A stretch of 64,000 nt of DNA from Rhina ancylostomus. Taxonomy: Eukaryota. Position numbers and translations under genes: made by a program. Below, piece after piece: positions 54,065 to 64,000 of this stretch (position 1 is the first letter of the stretch; each line of letters starts with the position of its first letter). The stretch spans positions 25,602,201-25,666,200 of the forward strand of contig JARFYF010000051.1 in assembly GCA_030265395.1 (NCBI GenBank). The letters are read 5' to 3'. Below the pieces are notes generated by a model. The model had not been told where the DNA came from, ran no database searches, and saw only the letters and a list, made by a program, of their open reading frames with translations.

Positions 54065-54802
54065 ATTGGAAAAGTGTAAGGTCATGTTATTTCAGTAAGA
54101 GAAATCCAAAGGCATCTGGAGGATCTAGATTTCTAGTGCACATATCACAAAAAAAAGGCACTGAAAGTGGTTAGGAAGGCCAATGGCACATTGGCCATTA
54201 TTGCAAACAAGTTGGAGTTTAGAAATAGGGGAGTATTGTTACAATTGTACAGGGTTCTGGTGAAAACATACCTGGAGTACTGTGTTCAGTTTTGGTCCCC
54301 TTACTTAAAGAAAGAATACACCGGCATTGCAGGCTGACCAAATGGGATTCACTTGTCTAATTCCTGGGAGAAGAGTATTGTCTTATCGTGAGCAGATATA
54401 AACATTGGACCAATATTCTTTGAATTTTAGACAACTGAGGAGTGATCTTATTGAAGCATACAAGAACCTTGAGGGGACATGACAGTGTAGATGACAAAAT
54501 GTTTCCAATAGTAGGAGAATCTCAAATGAGGGGACATAATTACAAGAAAAGTGGGGGGTCATTTAAAACTGAGGTGCATAGGAACTTCTTCTCACAGAGG
54601 GTGATAAATCTCTGGAATTCGTTACCCTAGAGATTTGTGCAGGGGAGATCATTGGAGGTGTTTAAAGGGAATCTTGAGCTCTGGGGATCTGGCACAGAAG
54701 AGAAGTTGAGGCCTGGGGCATATCTGTCATGATCACACTGAATGGCAGAGCAAGCATAAGGGGTAAGGTGGCATCCACCTGCTCCCATTTTCTTGTGTTC
54801 TT
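54065..54802 (+). mobile_element. Older CR1 3' fragment
   Basis: cctggagtactgtgttcagttttggtccccttac; FKTEVHRNFFSQRVINLWNSLP*. Confidence 0.88.
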
Positions 54803-54897
54803 ATTAACACTGCCTGTCTCTTCAGTGATGCTGCCTGACTTGCTGAGCATTTCTGGAACTTTGTGTTTTAATTGCAGATTTCTAGCATCTGCAGGCT
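54803..54897 (+). mobile_element. Penelope terminal remnant
   Basis: gatgctgcctgacttgctgagcatttctgga...cagatttctagcatctgcag. Confidence 0.7.
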
Positions 54898-57879
54898 TTT
54901 TTTTGGTTTTTTGAGCTGCAAGATCAATTTCATCGCATGACCAATGTAATGCATTTCTGAATAGAACAGTTATGACAACATTCCTGGAATCATTGAAGCA
55001 GCAGTTGACAGCTATTACTAGGAATGGTGAGTTTTCCTTACTGTTTAGATGGAACAGAAGAAACAGCCTCTCAAGCAAAATCTGATGTCAGGCTTCAAGC
55101 CCACTCTGCTCCTGGACCCCTTTGAACCTCCAAAGGTTAAAAATCTATCAACGTTACTGAATACCTCAAACCTCTATGGTGAAATGAACTCTAATAGTTC
55201 ACAGCCCTTCAAAAGAAATTTTCCCTCATCTCCACTTAAATTGGCAGGCCCTTTGAAAACAAATCAATTCCAGTCCTCGACTCATCCACCTGGAAAAGCA
55301 TCCTTACAGCACCTATACCTATTATGCCCCTACATAATTGTATGTATCAATGAGATTACATCTTGTTTTTTTAAGGTTCCAATGAGTTTAGACCAAACTT
55401 AAGTGAGGATGGAAATAATTTCTCAATCAGAGGTGACTGTGTGTTATGTGCCTTCATTTGTAAGGAACTAGTGCAAAACTGCCCAACATTACTTCAATGG
55501 CAAGAACTCTTGGGATTACTTAGGTGAAAGCTTGCAACCATACCAAAAGTCTGACTGAAGCTGTTAGATTATAAAATGATTCTGTGTTTGAAAGAACATT
55601 TACAAAACACTGTTTGGGGGCCAATGAATTCTCCACACAATTGTACATTCTGAGGGATTATTTTCTGTCATCTGCTGGCATTGGAGTGAGTAGCAATGTA
55701 AATAAGGCATTTACTACTAACAAAAGGCTGAAAAATAACTGCAACTTCCCCACCTGGGGTACTTCGATTAAACACTGCGCAACTTTTTAGATCAGTGTGA
55801 ACTTTTGTGTCATTACACATCGTTGCCTTCTGGCATTCTATTGTGTATTGATACAACATAAATAAAGTTGTAATGGTGCATGTGTAACATGGGAAATCCC
55901 AATCAGCTGAATAACAAAAGAAATAGCTGACTGTCGGCTAAATCAACCTGCTTTCACATGATATGACAGGATCTTGTACGTTTTGCCTCTCAAGGCAAAG
56001 CACTATTCTCTGTGATTTTAGCTTTCAAAGCTCCGTCATTGAGTGAATAATCACGAATAGATAATAATTGCAAAATCGTGCAGTTTCCATTAAAAATCTG
56101 CTGCTAACAGCAGATTCCATTAGACACACAGGAGCTTTTAATAATTGGTCCCAATCATCTCTTAAACTAATTTGAACAGGGATTTCAGGGCAAATCCACA
56201 AAGAATAATGCAGCTTAATGTGCAATTAATTTTTCATTCATAGTGCAAAAACACAAGGCCATTGTATTTCATGTGAATATTTTTAACATTTGGTCATTAA
56301 TAGAGTGGTGTATTACTGTCAGGCTAAATATTGTAAAGCATATAATTTCACTTAATGAAACCTGTAGAACTATAGAACTAAAGCTAAGAATGAGATAATA
56401 CCACATGCAGTTCATTGGTTTACTACAGACTCAGCAATGGGAAACATACCTGTCCATGTTTTGTAAGTACTCATCTAAAATATCTCAAATGCTCCAAAGT
56501 TCTGTTCAAAACATTTTTTTCTTGTACCTGCTAGAATACATTGAGCAGCCAACTGAATTAGTACAGGGGTGCTAAGTAGTGGATACAATTTCCTGTTCAG
56601 AAGGAATTTGCTAAAATTTCACCTCCAAATCTTTCGATGCGAGTTAGTTAAGACTGAGTCAATGATAAAGTATCTAGCAGTATTGCACACAGGCTTGGCA
56701 ATGCTGGCAATGATGATAATAAATGGAGAAAAGGAGCATTTGGAAAGTAATGATGAGTAAAATTGTTCTAGTCAGTTCCGAGTATTATTTTGTATTATTC
56801 TCTGCTGTTTCACACTTTTTTTCTCTTTTCAACTCATCAATGCCCCATTACTACTCCCTCCTTCTTAAATGCCTCCAATACCCCTCTTTTCATCTGTCCC
56901 TTTTCACTGATCTCATGTCTAGTTCATCACTCTTGTCACCTGAATGATTTACTTCTTACCTATCTCGAGCCAACAAAATGTAGACTGACGCAGATCTAAT
57001 GTGGGCAAATGGGATTAATGCAAAAGGGTAACAAGGTTAGCATGGATACGGGGGCCAAATGGCTCGTTTCTGTGCTGTACAACTCTGTAACTCAACAACT
57101 CAATTCAAAGATCTAGTTATCAATAGAATAAAACCTACAGACTTGCTCAGCTTGACAGGGAGTTTTAATTCAGGACTGAATATCAAACGAGACATCACTC
57201 CATTCAGGGCCATTTTTCTCCAAGTAGAATTACAACATTTTGTTTAAGAATCTAAGGGGCAGGTCTACTTAACACCGAACTATTTAAATGTTCACACCAA
57301 GCAATATATGGCACATATTAAATAAATAACTTTTTAACAATGATTTATACAGGAATAAAATATAATATTATTGTAACACTTGTAAACAAAGTAGCTTTTT
57401 GTCAATGGACAAACACCCCTACAGGTTAAATCCATATATTAAGGAACTGATTGTTTTAAGAAAGATTTCCTCACTTTCAAGATGAGCATGATAAAAAAAG
57501 TGTATTGAGTTTTCCATCTCTTTTTGCTGATAGATTGTACAAAATGCAGACTATTTAATACTGAAAGTTACTGGTGACATAATCCATAAATGTTGTAATT
57601 TTGTCGAAGCAATGTAATGTCCTGCCTAAGCAAGTGAACCAAAAACCAAAATAAAGAATACATATTTTAACTTGATACATTCAATTTGAATCCTGAATTG
57701 CAAACAGTCTTGCATTTTGCAATGATGCAGCAATAATGGTCAAAATTCAAAATCTTTCCTCCATTGTGAACTTAATTTCATCAGTCCATTTTGGATTTGA
57801 ACCAGTCCCAGCATCTTATCAATACTGTTTTGGATGTTAAAGTGCAAATTACTGACATAATGAAATGAAGAAAACAATT

Positions 57880-57882
<3 letters not shown>

Positions 57883-57933
<51 letters not shown>
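57883..57933 (+). repeat. (AC)25 microsatellite
   Basis: Perfect AC run. Confidence 0.98.
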
Positions 57934-57938
<5 letters not shown>

Positions 57939-59929
57939 AAGTTTGCTTGAGAAGACATTAAAAAATACCACCAAGGCATTCTATTCAGCTTCCACTTCTC
58001 TGTAGCTGTCTCATCTGGCTTTTAAGAAAAGAAGCCAAGTTGATGCTGCAATTTTCAGACACATTGAAATCGAATCAAAATGGTAAATTACAGCTGAAAA
58101 CAATCAGAGAGGTGGTTCCATGGAGCCAAGAGATAAAATTTAGTATATTTGAATAAAATTCCAACCTGGAAGGCTTATTTAAAGATTATGCAATGGATCA
58201 AATTAGTTCATTTAGATGCTTGGAGCAATGCTGATATGATAACTGAGTTTCATTTGATCAAAATAGCCTATATAGTGAGAATGAGTGGTCCTCGGTACAC
58301 CTTTAACACTGCCCCACCGCCACCCCCAGAATATAAACTTATTTCAATAAGATCTGAAAATGAGAAGCAGACGTGAGTTTGAAGAACAAAATCCTCATCA
58401 ACTTGATGTTTATGCCAATTTTGATTTGTGAACTTCTGAGAGTTCTTGCGTAATCCATTTGAAACACTGCAGACACAGAGACACACTCTTGTTTAAAATA
58501 TACCACTGGTGTCTTTTAATCCTCTTCCTGAAGGATTAAAGAAAGCACTCCTTAAAATTCATTAAATCTAGGTGAATATTGCTTCTCTTATCAAAGGACA
58601 GACAAAAATATCCTTTGGGAAAGGAATTGATTGAATTGCTGTGAGACTTAATGAGTCAAATGGCTTCCTTGTATGTCTGCGGAAATATGAGGGTGGGCCG
58701 AGAATGAGCCATTCTGCTTATCTAACTCAAGTCTACTGTTGAGGAGTTTCATTGCTCTAATCCACCACTCCCATGTTAGATTATAGCTTCATGATAAGAT
58801 CTGATTTTTTTTATGTCTCTCCTATCCTAGTAATAAAATGTACCCTAATAAAGGAGATTCAAGTGATGAGATTGCTATTTGAAAATATGATTTACCCCTG
58901 TCCTGTCCTGTCCAATATAATCTGGAGAGTTTCTACCATAGCAACACAATAGAAGTCTGTAGTTACTACACGTGGCTCCTCTGGGAATCTGGTATTGCTT
59001 TCCCCAGCAGTTGGTTGTATAACATAATAGCAGCTAATGCTGTAAAATGTCACAGCACATGTCACATTATGTGCCATTATAAAGTTGCTATACAGCTTGA
59101 AAGAAATACTAAAAAAACACTCAGATGTTTAAAGCATTTGCATTTATCATTAGCAGTACCACCAGGTCCTAGAATTTCTAAATGATGGGCTCTCATCTGA
59201 TACTTCATCTTAAGAGCTTGGACAAGTGTAAAAAAAATCTGCAAGGCAAGGAATCTACAGGCTGCAAGGAATTTGCTTGCTCTTGACATAAAGCATCAAG
59301 ACACTACTCAACCAGCAAACTTTGAACTTGGCCAACTGATAACTTTCAGGAGAAATGATTCTACACTGCAGGCTCAACTCTTTCAAGTTAATGCAGCTAC
59401 AGTGCAAATGGAAACAATAATTTCCTACGAGTTCCTCATGAAGCTAAATCATGGCAGACCAGTCTCACCGCTTGGAACTGCGCCCTAAATTCCCAGGAAG
59501 GATAGCTGCTTTTACATGAGCCAAATGTAAGGGGTCCACTGTGCTGTTCCTCTACATCATTGACTCTATTGAAGAGATCCAGACAGAAGCACTGTGGTAC
59601 AGAAGGCTGACCCCTACACTTTCCTGACAGAAGGTGAAGATGTTACCAGGGCTCTGCCAGCTGTGAACATTGTAAACTTTTTCAGGAACTTTAAAATGTC
59701 TCATATCAAGAGACAGATTAAAACTATTAAAGCTGAAATAAATTAGATTTACATTAAGATAAAGTTAATTGAAACATATAAAACATATTAATAATTAACA
59801 ACTAACCCAAATCAATTAAAAACTTGCTTTCTCTTGTGCCTCCTAATCCACAGCCCAAAATTCCCATAAAAGTCATTGGCATTGCAGACCCTGCACCTCA
59901 TTAAATCTTCATAGGGTAAAATAGTCATT

Positions 59930-60320
59930 CAGCATGGATGATGGCCTTTCCGCCCATCAGATCCTGTTGACTATAAAGTACAAATCCCATCTTTATTCTT
60001 TCCCATCAACTCCCTCCAGATATTACCACTCACCTACAAACTAGGAGNNNNNNNNNNNNNNNNNNNNNNNNNNNNNNNNNNNNNNNNNNNNNNNNNNNNN
60101 NNNNNNNNNNNNNNNNNNNNNNNNNNNNNNNNNNNNNNNNNNNNNNNGGAGCAATCTACAATGGCCAATTAACCTATTGACCTGCATGTCTTTGAGATGT
60201 GGGAGGAAACCCACATGGTCACAAGGAGAATGTGCAAACTTCATACAGTCAGCATTGGAGATCAGGATTGAACCCGGGTCAGTGGAGCTGTGAGGCAGCA
60301 GCTCTACTCACTGCACAGGA
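59930..60320 (-). mobile_element. HE1-type V-SINE spanning a gap
   Basis: gtctttgagatgtgggaggaaacccacatggtcacaaggagaatgtgcaaact...ggattgaacccgggtcagtggagctgtgaggcagcag. Confidence 0.88.
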
Positions 60321-61701
60321 TACAATTGGCAATTCCCCAGTGAGGACTTGGGAAATCCCTGCCAAACTAAGTCTACCGCTGCTGGAGGCTAGGGAAAGAG
60401 CAAGGTGATAGATCCTGTGTGATGTGCCATTCGATATATCCCAGACTTCAATCTCCGGATTCACAGCTGTTCAAGCAGCTATGCCCTGGAATTGCTGGCA
60501 AAACTCAGCAAGACCCTGCCCATTTACTTCTTAGGTTGTTTGGGAAGTGTCTGATCCAGACTATGCTGCTCATGGTTCTATAAAATTGAATGGAAGGAAG
60601 CATGTGCTGCCGATTATCATTAGTACACAATGGGGAGCTGGGGTGAAGGAACTTCAAAGGAATAGCACCATTCATACTCATTTGCCAAAGTGGTGAGAGG
60701 TGTGTAACGAATGAGGAGCAAGTAGATTACAATTAAATTAAAAAGTCAAATCAGTAGGAACATGAAGCCCCAAATTGGTTTCCTTGAGCATTGAGAAGCA
60801 TGATAAAATTCATAATCTTATGCTTAAGTCAAGTGCATTCTCAGCACATAACATCATGTAGAGGTCCGCGTTTTTTTTGATAAAAGAATCTGAGGATTAT
60901 TTTTAGCTTCGGCTTTAATCCTCCATAAATTATTGCCGACATTATTTTTGGTTGAGCTAATAACAGAAGTGATTATATAGTGAATATATAGTTATATAGT
61001 GAATTTTAAATTGCCACTGCACTAGGAATAGAGAGAAGAGGATCCAAGAGTTCTAGAACAAAGTCCATCAATTATGTTACTGGCTTCAAACACAGCCAAT
61101 TAAACTAAAGAGGTGCACTGACAGCATGGATGAGTCCATTTCAATCCTAGCATTTAAAGAGACATTGCAAACTAAAAGAATGGAGAAAGCCAGTCCAAAA
61201 AAAGAATTTAGCAGGAATGTGGTACCAAACCTTTGGACATAGTGCCAAAAGTGGCGTTGTGACCAAACTAGAGCAAGCAAGGTGATATCAGTTATAAATT
61301 CATCAATGTGTGTGTTTGGTCCAACCCTTCAATCTGCCCTCTCAAACTTCCTCCAGCACATCCACCTCACACCCACTTACCAGGTATTCCGGCCTCTCTA
61401 TCAACTTCATCACTCCATGTTACTTCAACCACCAATCACTCTCAGCGCCACGTTTAAGTAGTCACTTCTTCCACACAGTAACTCTCGACTAATGATTGCC
61501 ATCTATTCCATGCATAACATTAAGCTCAATCACTTTTCCCTGCTTCCCTGCCCAGCTTAAAAGAGCACACAAAGTACAGACAGACAGAGAACCAGAGCTG
61601 GGGCTTCGGCCATTTTGCAGAGGTGGTGGTGATGGAGATGGGAAATAGCACTGATGATAAGAGAAGTCTTGGCATCCTTCACTGTGAGGGATGGAGGCCC
61701 A

Positions 61702-61836
61702 GCAGCCAGCAGACAGAATTAAATACGCAATACGCAGACAGAATTAAATACGCAGCCAGCAGACAGAATTAAATACGCAATACGCAGACAGAATTAAATA
61801 CGCAATCAGCAGACAGAATTAAATACGCAATACGCA
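61702..61836 (+). repeat. Minisatellite with 25-bp units and 50-bp higher-order periodicity
   Basis: Core gcagacagaattaaatacgca at 61709, 61734, 61759, 61784 and 61809, separated by atac/gcca/atac/atca. Confidence 0.95.
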
Positions 61837-64000
61837 TGCTATAAAATGTTACACATCACCCCATGAATCTCTTCATTTGCTCATTTTAAGAAGGGAGTCA
61901 TGGTGGAGATGGGAGTGGCTACAAAATGATACATGGAAAATAGGAATACAGCTCAAAACCCTGCCTTGATTGACATGTTTGTGCAGTTGAAGACACCCTG
62001 CTCCTTTAGGAAACTAAGCCCTCATTTATTCTGTCTGACTAGTTTCATGGTAGGAAGAAATTGTCTGTCCTGTCAAAAAGTTATCAGTCACTTATGCAGT
62101 GTATTTGCTGAGTGCAAGATTCTACAAATGTCTCAACCAAATGCTCTTCCCAAATAGGACTTTTTATTGCTTGTTAATCTTAATAACTTGCAATGGAAGG
62201 GATAGCAATTATAAACATAAAGTCTTGATGTACATGCAAAAAGGTGATTTTTATCATTAAAAATAATCTAGAATTTGTAAGCCAGCTGCCCATTGGGAGC
62301 TGTAGCTCAGTAATGAGGTAGTAAAATTATGAGTAATACTGCATTCAGAATGAATTCAGTTAATCAAAATGAACAATCAAAACTGAAAAAAAACATTTTA
62401 TTCCTGCCATTCGTGAAAAACACAGTTACAACTGTGAAATAACCAGTATTCCTGAATTAAACAATTATGAACCAACGCTAAGTGCAGCAGCTCATCACCT
62501 CTCCAGCGGCAGTACTGTATATGAAATACCAGAGCAGATCACTCCATGACTGTTGTATCATGGGCATATCTTAGTGTTTTACCTCAACTGCAGCAGAAAT
62601 TCAGAGGCTAAGTCTGTGGTTTGTAAACAAGTAACTGGTACTAGATTAGATAGAGTTAACAGCTTGAAGATATTCCACTGGCATTCAGAATAAAAGCCCA
62701 GAAACACATGGCTGCCCTCAGCTCCAGACATTGTACTTTCAATTCTGATTACTTGCAGGTCAAGTTGTCCAATATTGTCACCAATCTGTCAGCTACTTGC
62801 ACTGCTCTAAATGACTGAATCTGAAAACTGCTCATAATTAGAGGAAAGAATAGAATGGATTGTGAATAGAAAGGGCTCAATTTTCTCTTCATTACAACAC
62901 TCATGCAGCAAACTTTCAAAGCAATTTTAAATAGGATTCACAAAATTGACTCTAATGGAGAATATGGATTAGTCAAAGGCTTTTGGGAGATAAAATGTTT
63001 AATCCTGGAAGGAGGATTCAGTGACAGAACCAATGGAAAATACAAATAGTGGTAAGAGTTAGGGATGATAATCAGGTAATAAACGACTAGAAAGGAAGAT
63101 TTTAGAAAATGCCTTTAAATCAGGAGGGGCAGCAGTGCCTCACAAGGTAAACAAGACTTTTCCATTGATAAGCAATATTCTTCCACCATAAGAAACTGCT
63201 TCAGTTTGGTTCAGCCATTGTGAGCTGAACAATTTTCCACAATTTCTCACGAAGTTTCCGCTTGGAATAGGATCCTGAAGGACTCAGTGTTCTGACTGCT
63301 CTGCAGCCAGATGGGATTACAGAGAGGACTTCTGTGTCATGTGGGAAATGGCTGTATGTCACTTAATAAAATCATGTCAAAATTATTCTGTCCTGTCCTA
63401 ATGATTGAAGACCAGCTGGACATTGAGTGATAGCTGTTCCTATTTACTAAAATTGCTGGCTGGTCTTCTGGGACACTGCTGACCAAGTGTGTGCAGTCAC
63501 TGCATACAAGGGAAACCAGTCATTATATCAAATCCCTGAATCCTCTGACCGCTGTGTCAATTGGAAATATGATGTATTGGTGGAAATTAATAAACAGAGC
63601 ATTGGGGACTTGGCATCATATGCACTACTGACTGGGAGACATCCTGATAACAGCTTGGAAGGAGCCAGGCATGGTAACTTTGACAGCCACTTGTTAAGTG
63701 CAGCCTCAAGGAAGCAAGCACGTTGAACAACCTGCCTGGAGAAGCAGAGCCAATTGACCCAGTGTTTCTCAGAGAAATCAACAAATGCGACTCTTGGCCA
63801 GTAGGCCTTGTGTGCTGGATATACCCTCCCTGGTACAACTTGTTTCTGCTGAGCATCTCTGCCAAAAAGGTGCACAATTAAAATGATGACCACTCAGGAA
63901 GTACTTGGAATTAGGCTTTAAGTATTCCCAAGACATTTTCACACAGCTCATGGTGACAGGGGAGGTTAGAATCAGCTCTCAATTCTGCTTTAATCAATGT

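Noticed and set aside
61702-61836. CRISPR-like repeat-spacer appearance
   Set aside because: Linkers are only 4 bp and recur, there are no cas genes, and the DNA is vertebrate; this is a minisatellite.

Overview
AT-rich eukaryotic vertebrate genomic DNA from a draft assembly with 11 N-gaps. The repeat complement points to a cartilaginous fish (shark/ray): HE1-type V-SINEs, HER1/CR1 LINEs, Rex1/Babar, L2 and Penelope ends. Almost all of the window is intronic or intergenic, and the supplied ORF track is mostly noise. I can support only two protein-coding exons, both on the minus strand with intact AG/GT sites: a 128-bp TAFA5 (FAM19A5)-type exon at 10134-10261, which the ORF track misses, and a 160-bp GRAF-family RhoGAP exon most like ARHGAP42 at 18314-18473. 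They are about 8 kb apart on one ungapped contig, and I found no partner exon for either gene. This apparent same-strand interleaving of two unrelated genes, or an orphan exon, is the most notable feature. The rest is decayed CR1, Rex1/Babar, L2 and Gypsy elements, SINEs, Penelope termini with degenerate hammerhead-ribozyme motifs, a 25/50-bp minisatellite and an (AC)25 microsatellite. There are no CRISPR arrays or prokaryotic systems. All family assignments are by recall of consensus motifs rather than database search, and most repeat boundaries are approximate.
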